A stretch of 64,000 nucleotides of DNA. Source: an uncultured bacterium (GTDB taxonomy: Bacteria; Vulcanimicrobiota; Vulcanimicrobiia; Vulcanimicrobiales; Vulcanimicrobiaceae). This document shows, one piece after another, positions 47,299-56,618 of this stretch. Position 1 is the first letter of the stretch, and each line of letters opens with the position of its first letter. The notes under the pieces were generated by a model. It was given only the letters and a program-made list of their open reading frames with translations, made no database searches and was not told the DNA's origin. Where the stretch lies: positions 70,664 through 134,663 of the forward strand of contig CAZJLJ010000001.1 of NCBI GenBank assembly GCA_964546935.1, given 5' to 3'. The position numbers and the translations under genes are program-made.

Positions 47299-48951
47299 AT
47301 GGATTCATCGTCTGCGCGCCAAACACCGTCACTCCATATGGAAAGACCCGCACGTGCGGCTTTTGTCGGCGCCCTAATCGCCGCGCTTATAACGCTACCC
47401 GGCCTTGGTGCGGGCACGCTTTGGGATAATAGCGAGACCGCGTACGGCGAAGTCGCTCGCGAGATTCTGCTCACCCACGATTGGGTGGTCATGCATCTCA
47501 ATGGAGCGCCGTGGTTCGTTCAGCCGCCGCTCTACTTCTGGATAACGGCGCTTTCGGCGAAGCTCTTCGGAGCGACGTCGTTCGCGTTTCGGTTACCGGC
47601 GGCGCTTGCGACTATTATCATGGGAGCGATGACCGGCTGGGCTGTCGCACGTCAAGCCGGCACCCGGATCGGCATTTATGCAAGCGCGATTCTTTCCAGC
47701 TGCTTCATGCAAGCCATTATCGGACGCTTGGCAATTATGGATGCCTTGCTGGATTTGGCCGTCGCCTTTGCGGTGTTTTGGTGGTTCCGCTCTTTGGAGT
47801 CCGGACGCGAACGTTACTTCATCTACGGATGGATCGCTGCGGCGTTGGGTTTTCTCGCGAAGGGACCGGTTGCGCCGGTTATTGCGTTGATGGTAATCGT
47901 TCCGTTCGCTTGGTGGAACTCGCGCATCGAACCTACACGGCTACCTTCTCCGCGCGCATGGCTCTTAGGATGCGGTTTCGCGCTCGCAATCGTTGCGCCG
48001 TGGATAATTGCAGTCGGGATTCATTCGGGTCCGCAAGCGATCGTGGAGTTGATCGGTCATTACACCGTCGGACGCTACACCGGTGTTATCGAAAATCAAT
48101 CCGGGCCGCTCTGGTACTACGTTCCCGTTTTGATCCTCGGCTTTTTTCCGTGGATTGCATTTCTCCCGATGGCGATCGTGTACGGCGTGCGCCAATTGCG
48201 CTCGACCGCGACTGATCCCGAGATTGCACGTCTGTGGCGCTTGGGGTTCGTGTGGATCGTAGTGCCGTTCGTGTTTTTCAGCCTCGCGAAAACGAAGCTC
48301 CCCAATTACATTGCGCTTGAATTTCCGGCGCTCGCGCTGGTCACGGCACTTTACTTCGACAGCATCGTTCGCAAGGGGCTGAGCCGTTCGGCGATCGTTT
48401 CGGCGGCTTGCGTTCCGGTCTTTATCGGGATGGTTGCTTTTGCCATCGCCGTGTTCGTGCGCGACAACCGTTTGACCAGCGATGCAAGAAACGTCGTTCC
48501 CGACCTGATCGTCATGGGCAGTATTATTTTCGCAGGATCGCTGCTTACCGCGATTCTCCTAAGCATCCGTCGTACCGTTGGTATTGCTCCGTACGCTTTG
48601 GCGGCCGCGGCTCTTATTTCGACGGACATTTTGGCAATGTTCGCGTTGCCGCACGCGGAGGCGTTTAAGCCCATTCCGCACCTCGCGAAAATCATCGACG
48701 CGCAACGGCAGCCGGGCGACGCAATCGCGATCGACGATTACCATGGCGGCAACGCGTTGATCTTCTACACAAGTCCGCCCGTCTTTCCGCTTTCGCAGGA
48801 CGTTGCGTGTTCGAACGATCGTGTATGGGTGGTCGAACCGAAGAAGCGCAGCTCGCCCGATCCGACGTATGGCCGGCAGCGTAAGAAAATCAGCGAATGG
48901 GGAACGGCCGCGCTTTATTTGATTCAGGGGCCGCCTTGCCATGGCGGTTGA
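47299..48951 (+). CDS. GT39/ArnT-like glycosyltransferase (polyprenyl-phosphate-sugar dependent); start may be the ATG at 47338
   Basis: About 550 aa, polytopic. The N-terminal DNSETAYGEVAREIL...PPLYFWI is typical of the ArnT/PMT family. Confidence 0.8.
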   Translation: MDSSSARQTPSLHMERPARAAFVGALIAALITLPGLGAGTLWDNSETAYGEVAREILLTHDWVVMHLNGAPWFVQPPLYFWITALSAKLFGATSFAFRLPAALATIIMGAMTGWAVARQAGTRIGIYASAILSSCFMQAIIGRLAIMDALLDLAVAFAVFWWFRSLESGRERYFIYGWIAAALGFLAKGPVAPVIALMVIVPFAWWNSRIEPTRLPSPRAWLLGCGFALAIVAPWIIAVGIHSGPQAIVELIGHYTVGRYTGVIENQSGPLWYYVPVLILGFFPWIAFLPMAIVYGVRQLRSTATDPEIARLWRLGFVWIVVPFVFFSLAKTKLPNYIALEFPALALVTALYFDSIVRKGLSRSAIVSAACVPVFIGMVAFAIAVFVRDNRLTSDARNVVPDLIVMGSIIFAGSLLTAILLSIRRTVGIAPYALAAAALISTDILAMFALPHAEAFKPIPHLAKIIDAQRQPGDAIAIDDYHGGNALIFYTSPPVFPLSQDVACSNDRVWVVEPKKRSSPDPTYGRQRKKISEWGTAALYLIQGPPCHGG

Positions 48952-49537
48952 CGCGGGGCGCGAGCTGCTGTTGCTCGGCATGCTGCGTCGAACGCCGATG
49001 TCTGCCTACGATCTAGCACGGGCTGTAAAGTCGCACTCGTCGCTATATCGAACCATGGCTCGCGGAAATCCGTACGCGCAGCTTGCGAGGCTGGAGGATT
49101 CCGGCTTGATCGTTTCGCGCAATACGAAAGCTACGCGTGGGCCGCATGAAATGAAGACGGTTTACCGGCTCTCGGCGGCTGGGCGTGCGCGTTTCAATGC
49201 GGCTCTGGAATCCGTTTTCGAAGACGTGCAGGCATCCGATGCAACGCTTGAAATCGCCTGCGTTTTGCTCGGGCAGCTCCCGCGCGATCGAGCGAGAGAA
49301 TTATTGGCACGCCGTCTCGCGCTCGTCGCTGCGCAAGAGAAACGGTTGGCGCGGCTGCTCGGAAAACCCGAGGAGCGCAGCGGAGCGGCGCAACTGATGA
49401 TGATGCACGCGCATGAACGTCTACGCGGCGAAGGTTCTTGGCTGCGTGAATCGATCGCGCTCTTGAAGAACGCGAAGTGGCAGCCCGGCTGGGTTTCCGA
49501 CGACGAGGCTACGGCGCAAACGCGGCGTTTACCGTAA
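48941..49537 (+). CDS. PadR-family transcriptional regulator
   Basis: 198 aa with a winged HTH of PadR type (LLLLGMLRRTPMSAYDL...LARLEDSGLI...YRLSAAGR). It overlaps the GT39 gene by 11 nt. Confidence 0.75.
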   Translation: MAVDAGRELLLLGMLRRTPMSAYDLARAVKSHSSLYRTMARGNPYAQLARLEDSGLIVSRNTKATRGPHEMKTVYRLSAAGRARFNAALESVFEDVQASDATLEIACVLLGQLPRDRARELLARRLALVAAQEKRLARLLGKPEERSGAAQLMMMHAHERLRGEGSWLRESIALLKNAKWQPGWVSDDEATAQTRRLP

Positions 49538-49904
49538 CGTGGAAGCCGATCGAGAAGATCAGCGCCACGAAAATAGCCAAGTGCCATTTGCGTAACACGC
49601 GCCGATAAGAACCGGGATCCTGTAAACTCGCGCCGACGAACGTTTGAGCGCCTAGAGCTAAAATTGCAACCGTGGCCGCACGTAACCCGGCGCCGTCGGC
49701 GCCGCGCATTGCGCCCATTGCGAAAAATCCGTGTATTGCGGCGAGCGCCAGCGCTGCATAACCCAGCACGTAGTGCGGACGCATTCGGCGAACGAGCGGC
49801 GGCGATCGCCACAACCGCCTAAAAAAGACGCCCGCAAATGCCGCGCATAAAACTAGAATCGTAGCAAGCCAGCCGCTAACGGCGCTTCCAAAGACCCACG
49901 CCAT
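49509..49904 (-). CDS. four-TM membrane protein with conserved-looking histidines, function unknown
   Basis: 131 aa. His residues lie inside TM segments (AAIHGFF, KWHLAIF, GFHVT). The start directly abuts the upstream stop (TAAATG). Confidence 0.55.
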   Translation of the reverse strand: MAWVFGSAVSGWLATILVLCAAFAGVFFRRLWRSPPLVRRMRPHYVLGYAALALAAIHGFFAMGAMRGADGAGLRAATVAILALGAQTFVGASLQDPGSYRRVLRKWHLAIFVALIFSIGFHVTVNAAFAP

Positions 49905-50288
49905 TTAACGAATCGACACGTAGGGCGTCATTACGACGAGTTTAGAAGCGTCGGCAGCGTGAGGCTTTGTGGCCGTCGCGTAGACGTACACTACTGCGCC
50001 GGGCTTTAGATCGTCGCGCGAGCCCATCGCCACGGAAACGCTCTCCGGGGCATAGATCGCAATTGTATCGCCGGTTGCGCGATACGTATTGCCGGTGACG
50101 CGCTCGAGAATCTTTGCCGTTATCGTGGAGCGCTTTATGGCATCGACCCGAGCCACGAACGTTAAGCTCGCTCCGGGAGCTGCACTCTCTACGGCATGCG
50201 CGGGCATTGGCGACATTTCGTGCATTTGCGCTACGGCCGGCACGGACGAGAAAAGGGCGATAAGTACCACTAGCATTAGACATTTCAT
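49905..50288 (-). CDS. secreted small protein with an N-terminal Met/His-rich motif
   Basis: 127 aa. A signal peptide ending AVA-Q is followed by MHEMSPMPAH and then a beta-rich domain. Confidence 0.6.
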   Translation of the reverse strand: MKCLMLVVLIALFSSVPAVAQMHEMSPMPAHAVESAAPGASLTFVARVDAIKRSTITAKILERVTGNTYRATGDTIAIYAPESVSVAMGSRDDLKPGAVVYVYATATKPHAADASKLVVMTPYVSIR

Positions 50289-50335
50289 ACGACTACGGTA
50301 ACGGTTTCCGTTCGGGTGCAGAACCGCAGCGATGG

Positions 50336-50366
50336 GCGAATTTACTCCACCTTGAAGTAAATTCGC
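50336..50366. repeat. perfect 11-bp inverted repeat in the divergent control region upstream of the RND gene
   Basis: GCGAATTTACT (50336..50346), a 9-nt spacer, then AGTAAATTCGC (50356..50366). It is flanked by the direct repeat GCAGAACCG at 50318..50326 and 50390..50398. Confidence 0.6.
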
Positions 50367-50413
50367 GGTGAATCCCGCAGTGGCAGTTGGCAGAACCGGC
50401 GCATCGTGATTCC

Positions 50414-53400
50414 ATGTGGCTTACGCGCGCGGCTCTGGCGCACCCAATCGCCGTAACGTTATTTTACATCGCGATTGCGGTAGCGGGCTTAGTCGCGGTG
50501 TTCTCGATAGGACGCAGCGTTTTACCGCCGATTTCGCTGCCGGCGGTTTCCGTCTTAGCTACGTATCCGAGTGCGGGCGCGGCCGAGATGGAACGTCTAG
50601 TGATCGAGCCGATCGAAGATTCGCTCGACAACGTTGCCGGCGTCGACCGCGTCTCGGCGTCGGCGCAGCACGGCGTAGCGCAAATTGCGGTCCGCTTCAA
50701 ATACGGTGTATCGATCGAAAAAGCGCAGAACGACGTGCAGCACGCCGTCGAAGCTGCGCGGGTCAACTTCCCTAGCGATCTGCAGCCGCCGGTTGTGGAA
50801 AGAAACGATCCGTCGATCGCGCCCGTTGTCGACCTCGCCGTTTCATCGGCGGTTTTAGGCCGGCGCGACCTTGAAAGGATTGTCGATAAACAAATCGTTC
50901 CCGCGTTGCGAGGTACCGCCGGTGCCGGGTCGGTGCGAGCTGTAGGAACGTTTCGGCGTATCTTTCTCGTCTCACCGAAACGTAAAGCGTTAGATGCGGT
51001 CGGCATTACCGGGTTGGATCTGTTGCGTGCCATGCAAAGCGCAGGCGCGGTTTATCCCGGCGGATACGAGGAAGATGGACCGGTGCGGACTAGCGTGAGC
51101 GTGCGCGCCGATTCGCAGTCACCACTTCAACTGGCGCGAATTCCCGTAATGAGTACGAACGCCGTCACGGCCGGTGAGGTCGCGGATATCCGCGACGCTT
51201 TCGACGATCCGTCCACCGTTTCAAGCTACAACGGCGACGATGCGATTCTGTTGTACGTGAGCCGTACGCCGGGGTCGGACACGTTGCGCACCGTCCGGAG
51301 CGTTCGGAACACCGTCGTCCGCTTACGGCAAGCGTACCCGCTCGTGCGAATCGCCGAGTTCCGCAGCGATCTCCCGTTCACCAATGCCGCCGTCTCCGGC
51401 GTCGTGCAGACCTTATTCGAGGGCATTTTGCTTACCGTCTTAACCATGCTCTTGTTTCTGCACTCGTGGCGAAACGCGGCAATCGCCGCGCTTGCGATTC
51501 CGTGTTCCCTTTTTGCGACGTTCGTGGCGATGTGGCTGTTGGGATTCACCATCAACGTGCTTTCGCTCATGGGCCTTTCGATGACGATCGGTATCCTTGT
51601 TGACGATTCGATCGTGATCATAGATGCCATCGCTCATGCACGCGCAAGAGGAACTGCGGCCGTGGCGGCTGCGCTGGCGGGGAGGAAAGAACTCGGTGGG
51701 GCAGCGATTGCGATCACGTTTGTAGACATTGTGGTCTTCGGGCCGATCGCTGTAATGAGCGGAGTCGTCGGTCAATTCATGCGGGAGTTTGCGGCCGTCA
51801 TCGTCATTGCCACAGCTTTTTCACTGCTTGTCTCGTTCACGTTAACTCCATTGCTTAGTGCACGCTGGACCATGAAAGAACGAATCGCTACGCGGTTGCC
51901 GTGGACGCTTCGGGGAGAATGGTTTCAAGCGATCCTCTTTTGCGGCAGCGCTTTTGCACGCAGTTTCAATGCTTTGGAAGCGCAGGTTGCGAACTTTTAT
52001 GCAATTCGTTTGCTCCCGGTCGCATGGAAGTACCGGAAACTGTTGCTCGCTGGTGTCGGGCTCGTCGCATTGCTCTCGTTTATCCCGTTGGCAAACGGTG
52101 GTATTCCGATGGAGTTTTCTCCGCCGGTCGATCGCGGTGAGGTCACTGTCGACCTCTCCGAGCCGCCCGGAACGCCGATCCAGCGTACCAATGTGAATTT
52201 GAGACGCGTAGCAGCGCGGCTGCTCGACGACAATCGCGTTGCCGGCGTCGTTACCACTGCGGGGCGCGGTTTCGACGGAGTTTCCGATGTTCTCGCAGAG
52301 AATCTCGGGGAGATCTCGATCGAGCTGCGCGATGAAACGTCTACGGGATCCGCCATTGCAAGCTACGCAAAGTCGCTTGGAGCGCTCGTTCCGGAAGCAT
52401 CATTTAGTCAAACGGGACGTGGGATGGGCGGTACCGCACCCATATCGTTCACTGTGAGCGGTGATGCGGCCGCCTTACCGGTCGCGGCGCGCAACGTTGA
52501 GGCGCAGCTTCGCGCAGATCCGTTTGTGACCGATGTGCGTCGCAGTGACGTGGGAGTCGCGCCTCAGCTGGAAATGCGCGTGGATAGCGAGCGGGCGAAA
52601 CTGCTAGCCGTTGATGCCGGCGATGCATCGCTCACCGCTCGTTTAGCTAGCGGCGGCATCTTGGCGACACGCACGCGCACCGACGATTGGTTGATCGACG
52701 TCGTCGTTCGCGACGAATCAGCGCGCAATGGCGATAGCGACTGGAACACGCGGCTCACGGTTCGGTCCGCAACCGGCGCATTGATCCCACTTTCGGATCT
52801 CATAACGCAACGGCGTACCCTCGAACCGCTCGTTCTCGAACGCGAAAATCGTCAACGCATCGTTTCTATCACCGCGAATCCGCTGGACGGTATGCCCGTT
52901 GAGACGGCGCTCGCGCCGGTTGCCCGCCGAATCGACTCGGTGTTGCCCTTTGGAACGCACATCGAAAAGCGCGGCGATTTGGAGCAGTTCGAAGAAACGG
53001 TGAGCAAGATCGTTGCGACGCTCGCGCTTTCGATATTGCTCGTCTATTCGATTCTTGCGGTGCTGTACCGCAGCTATCGTCTGCCGCTTGTCGTGATGGC
53101 GACGGTGCCGCTAGCCGCGGTGGGTGCCTTTGGTACCCTTACTGCGCTCAATGCATTGCATGACGTATTTCCCGGCGCCGGCGTCTTTGCGTCGCAAACG
53201 CTGAACTTGTATTCGATGCTGGGCATCGTCTTGCTCGTTGGGCTGGTAGCCAAAAACGGGATCTTGCTGGTCGAATTCGCTGAACGTGAAGTTCGCGACG
53301 GAATCGATGCGTTGCAAGCGATGCAGCACGCGGCGCACCGCCGCTTCCGGCCGGTTGTGATGACGACGTGCGCCATGATCGGCGGAATGCTTCCGCTTGC

Positions 53401-53593
53401 GCTCGGAGACGCCGCCGGCGCCGAATTCAGGAAAGCTTTGGGCTCGGTCGTCATCGGCGGGTTAACCAGTTCGCTGATCTTGACGTTCTTTGTCGTGCCG
53501 TTGGTCTATGTAATGAGCCGTGGCGGCCCTAAAAAGAAACGGGCACTGCAGATGCAGCGCCCGTTCATTCCGGAGAGTCTCGAGATTACTTGA
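50414..53593 (+). CDS. RND-family efflux permease (AcrB/HAE-like)
   Basis: About 1059 aa from the ATG at 50414. It has 12 TM helices and two large loops. The TM4 motif is GILVDDSIVIID (DD type). There is no adjacent membrane-fusion or outer-membrane partner. Confidence 0.9.
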   Translation: MWLTRAALAHPIAVTLFYIAIAVAGLVAVFSIGRSVLPPISLPAVSVLATYPSAGAAEMERLVIEPIEDSLDNVAGVDRVSASAQHGVAQIAVRFKYGVSIEKAQNDVQHAVEAARVNFPSDLQPPVVERNDPSIAPVVDLAVSSAVLGRRDLERIVDKQIVPALRGTAGAGSVRAVGTFRRIFLVSPKRKALDAVGITGLDLLRAMQSAGAVYPGGYEEDGPVRTSVSVRADSQSPLQLARIPVMSTNAVTAGEVADIRDAFDDPSTVSSYNGDDAILLYVSRTPGSDTLRTVRSVRNTVVRLRQAYPLVRIAEFRSDLPFTNAAVSGVVQTLFEGILLTVLTMLLFLHSWRNAAIAALAIPCSLFATFVAMWLLGFTINVLSLMGLSMTIGILVDDSIVIIDAIAHARARGTAAVAAALAGRKELGGAAIAITFVDIVVFGPIAVMSGVVGQFMREFAAVIVIATAFSLLVSFTLTPLLSARWTMKERIATRLPWTLRGEWFQAILFCGSAFARSFNALEAQVANFYAIRLLPVAWKYRKLLLAGVGLVALLSFIPLANGGIPMEFSPPVDRGEVTVDLSEPPGTPIQRTNVNLRRVAARLLDDNRVAGVVTTAGRGFDGVSDVLAENLGEISIELRDETSTGSAIASYAKSLGALVPEASFSQTGRGMGGTAPISFTVSGDAAALPVAARNVEAQLRADPFVTDVRRSDVGVAPQLEMRVDSERAKLLAVDAGDASLTARLASGGILATRTRTDDWLIDVVVRDESARNGDSDWNTRLTVRSATGALIPLSDLITQRRTLEPLVLERENRQRIVSITANPLDGMPVETALAPVARRIDSVLPFGTHIEKRGDLEQFEETVSKIVATLALSILLVYSILAVLYRSYRLPLVVMATVPLAAVGAFGTLTALNALHDVFPGAGVFASQTLNLYSMLGIVLLVGLVAKNGILLVEFAEREVRDGIDALQAMQHAAHRRFRPVVMTTCAMIGGMLPLALGDAAGAEFRKALGSVVIGGLTSSLILTFFVVPLVYVMSRGGPKKKRALQMQRPFIPESLEIT

Positions 53594-55070
53594 CGTCGGA
53601 TTCCTTAACCGCCGGCGCCTTGTTGTTTCCGATCGAACCGCGGATGTAGCTGATGACATCGGCGATGTCTTTCTTGGAAAGCGTACCTTTCCAAGCCGGC
53701 ATTTGCGCGCCGTAGGTTTGGCCCAACACCGGTTGGCCTTTCATGCCGTTTTCAACGACATCGATGACCTTCTTGGGATCGCCCGTTACGAACGGATTGT
53801 TCGCAAGCGGCGGAGCAACGCCGGGTTGTCCTTGGCCCTGCGCGCCGTGGCACGTCGAGCAATTCGTTGCGAAGACGTGCGCGCCGTTCGCGTTTTCAGA
53901 TGCGGCGCCTGCGCCACCGCCCGCGACCGGGCCGGTGCCGTTGCTTTCTCCTGTCGTCGCCGGCTGCGCAGCGAGAATCTGCGATTCCGGCTGCGAAGGC
54001 GGTCCCGCGGCGATCTTTGCTTGAATGCCGGCTTGCGCGTAGAACGAGAGGCCGATAATCGCGAGGACGACGATCGTCGTCGTCCACAAGATGCCTGCGC
54101 GTGACGAGAACGAACGCGTGGTGCTGCGATCGAGCCATGGCAGAATCAGCACAATAATCAAGCCGACCGTCGGGACGATGATTGCCGCGAGCAATTCAGG
54201 GAAGGGCCCATTCCCGAGGAAGATCGGAACGATATTCAAGAGGCCGAACAGGAACAAGAAATACCATGCCGGGTACGGTTGGAATGTCGAGTTCGTCGGA
54301 TCGGCTTTCTGGTCAAGGAACGGCGGCACGATCAATGCCAGCGCGATGATGAGAATGAACACGACGAAAGAAACGAACGTGTCCATGAACATTTGATCGG
54401 GCCAGAAGCGTCCGGGACGCAGTGCGCGCGGATCTTCAACCACGGGACCGGCAGGGCCGTTGTGGCGGAAAATAGCAAGGTGCGCACCAACCAGCGCAAC
54501 GAGTACCGCGGGCATCAACCACACGTGCAAGCCGAAGAAACGGTTGATGGTATTGGTGCCCATCGTTCCGCCGCCTTGCGCAATGTTTTGAAGAATAGCG
54601 CCGCCCGGCGGAAGACCGGCGATGTTCAGTGAGACTTGCGACGCGAAGTACGCATCCATATCCCACGGCAACAGATAACCGGTAAGACCGAGCACCAGCA
54701 CGACGACCAGGAGCAGAATACCGACGATCCACTGCAGTTCGCGCGGCGATTTGTACGCGCCCCAAATCAGTACTTGCAGCATGTGCAGAAAGACGAGCGC
54801 GATCATAGCCGACGCGCCCCAATAGTGCACGGAAAGCAAGAAATGCGTGTACGGGTTCAGATAAATTGCGCGCGTCGATTCCCATGCGGTGGAGGCCGAC
54901 GGTGCGTAGAAAAACGTTAGGAAAATGCCGGTAGTGATCTGCAGAATCATCGCGAAGAGCGTGGCGCTGCCGAACACGTACCAGTAACTTGCGCCGCCCG
55001 GAACATCCTCGGTGAGAAAATCTTTCGCCATCGAGATGAAGCCGGTGCGGGCTTCTATCCAATTAAGCAT
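53586..55070 (-). CDS. cytochrome b6-like, subunit IV-like and monoheme cytochrome c fused in one polypeptide (menaquinol:cytochrome c reductase)
   Basis: 494 aa. The heme-b His pairs are HYWGASAMIALVFLH (13 residues between) and HVWLMPAVLVALVGAH (14 between). A PEWY-region equivalent is present, followed by a Gly/Ala/Pro linker and then CSTCH (53847..53861) with a downstream Met. Confidence 0.88.
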   Translation of the reverse strand: MLNWIEARTGFISMAKDFLTEDVPGGASYWYVFGSATLFAMILQITTGIFLTFFYAPSASTAWESTRAIYLNPYTHFLLSVHYWGASAMIALVFLHMLQVLIWGAYKSPRELQWIVGILLLVVVLVLGLTGYLLPWDMDAYFASQVSLNIAGLPPGGAILQNIAQGGGTMGTNTINRFFGLHVWLMPAVLVALVGAHLAIFRHNGPAGPVVEDPRALRPGRFWPDQMFMDTFVSFVVFILIIALALIVPPFLDQKADPTNSTFQPYPAWYFLFLFGLLNIVPIFLGNGPFPELLAAIIVPTVGLIIVLILPWLDRSTTRSFSSRAGILWTTTIVVLAIIGLSFYAQAGIQAKIAAGPPSQPESQILAAQPATTGESNGTGPVAGGGAGAASENANGAHVFATNCSTCHGAQGQGQPGVAPPLANNPFVTGDPKKVIDVVENGMKGQPVLGQTYGAQMPAWKGTLSKKDIADVISYIRGSIGNNKAPAVKESDVK

Positions 55071-55087
55071 CGTATGTGGATCCTTCC

Positions 55088-55762
55088 TTACGATTGATAC
55101 GAGATGACCATGCGATCAGGAACGCCGGACGCATAGCGGATCCACATGATTTCGGCGGTGCCGCTTTGCTCGCGGAGCGGCAACGGGTCGAGGCCACGCG
55201 GCGCAGGGCCTGCGAGATGTTCGCCTTCGGCGCCGAACTGCGAACCGTGGCACGGGCACTGAAAGCGGCTTGCGCCGTCGTTCCATGCCGGGCGGCAGCC
55301 AAGATGCGGACAGATCGGGCTAAAGATTACAAATCCCATGTTGATCGGATCGTACGGGACGTCCGGTTTTCCGTTGACGTAGAGATCCGGACGCAGTTTC
55401 TGGAACTTCGAAGGATCCGTTTTTATGCCCCAAACGTACTCTTGGGAGCTTTGCTCGGGAAGATACGAGTCTTTCGATTTCAGCGTGAACGTGAGCTTCA
55501 CGGGCTTGCTCGTGGCAGTTTGGAGTTCTTTCCACTCGTCGGGCGTCAACGGTGCCCAATTTCCGCTGCCGCTGCCGCCGGTTGGTATCAACGATCCGAC
55601 GATTGGGACGACTAGGCCGATGCCGATGATGCCGCTAAGCGTCAGCGTTGCCTTGGCCATGAACGACCGCCGGCTGATTTCCTCAGCCGTGCCCGGATCG
55701 TCGTAGGCACTCAGAACCTTACGCGAGCCGCCTTCAAAAGCGTCCGCAGCTTGTTTGGACAA
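55088..55762 (-). CDS. Rieske iron-sulfur subunit with a Tat signal
   Basis: 224 aa. TTG start with a GGAGAG RBS. It has the SRRSFM twin-arginine motif followed by a TM helix, and the CPHLGC and CPCHGS cluster boxes. Confidence 0.88.
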   Translation of the reverse strand: MSKQAADAFEGGSRKVLSAYDDPGTAEEISRRSFMAKATLTLSGIIGIGLVVPIVGSLIPTGGSGSGNWAPLTPDEWKELQTATSKPVKLTFTLKSKDSYLPEQSSQEYVWGIKTDPSKFQKLRPDLYVNGKPDVPYDPINMGFVIFSPICPHLGCRPAWNDGASRFQCPCHGSQFGAEGEHLAGPAPRGLDPLPLREQSGTAEIMWIRYASGVPDRMVISYQS

Positions 55763-55836
55763 AATTCACTCTCCGGAAGTGTGATTTTGGACTAGACAAA
55801 CTAGCCCAATTCCCATGAATTGTAGAGCGGCCCTCT

Positions 55837-56607
55837 TCATATAGTCGATGACCAAGTTCGGAATTGGAACGCTGTTCGGTCTTCCGGAAGCTGAAAATAG
55901 AAGTCGCGCATGAGGTTGCCGCTGCTGCACGTTGCATGTATTACCTCGTAGGTGTAACCTTTTTCGACCGAATGTGCCGACACGGTCTCCCACTCTCCGT
56001 TGCTGTCGCAAGCGTTAAGCGCGAAATAGGCTCGGATCCACCTATCACCCGGACTCGACGCCACTATGGCATCCGCTAGCGAGGTTCCGCCGCGCGGCTG
56101 CACCGCCGGCCCAGGCGGATAAGCGTCCTGCTTTTCGCGCGGAGCGAGCAACTGTTCGAAGGCCAGGCGCCCGGCAGCGAATTCGTAGATCGTAGCCGCT
56201 TCCGGAGCGCGATACCACAGGTCCAGCGAACCGTCGTCAGCATTTCTCTCCACCTTTTGAGGCGGACCGAGCTTTTGGGTTACAGTGTCGCTCGACGTGC
56301 CGAACGATATGCCGCGTTGATCGGTAAATGCAGCCTCTTTCGTGTATTTCGCGACCGTGATGGAAACGGCGACGCCGTTGCGTTCCAAGATATCCAAAAA
56401 GCGATTGCCGTTTTCCAAAAAGCGCCAGATGCGTTGCGACTGCTTAGGAATCTCTTGCAGCGAAACCGGATCGCCGTGCCGCTGATGAATCGTCGCCAGC
56501 GGATCTCCGAGCGTTACGTTGTCCAGCGATGCGCTGATAGCCGGTGAGCCCGACACATTAGGCGCCGGCGAGGCGAGAAGCATGAGTGCAACGGCAATAG
56601 CGAGCAT
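55837..56607 (-). CDS. secreted hypothetical protein
   Basis: 256 aa with a signal peptide MLAIAVALMLLASPAP. It begins 11 nt after the stop of the sigma factor gene. Confidence 0.6.
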   Translation of the reverse strand: MLAIAVALMLLASPAPNVSGSPAISASLDNVTLGDPLATIHQRHGDPVSLQEIPKQSQRIWRFLENGNRFLDILERNGVAVSITVAKYTKEAAFTDQRGISFGTSSDTVTQKLGPPQKVERNADDGSLDLWYRAPEAATIYEFAAGRLAFEQLLAPREKQDAYPPGPAVQPRGGTSLADAIVASSPGDRWIRAYFALNACDSNGEWETVSAHSVEKGYTYEVIHATCSSGNLMRDFYFQLPEDRTAFQFRTWSSTI

Positions 56608-56618
56608 TCGATACGGTG

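Noticed and set aside
39018-47340. A search for Rex operators (TGTGAA-N6-TTCACA) around the rex-containing hem operon
   Set aside because: Only half-site fragments were found, and they lie in coding DNA elsewhere in the window (for example near 4885 and 28153). None lies in a plausible promoter position.
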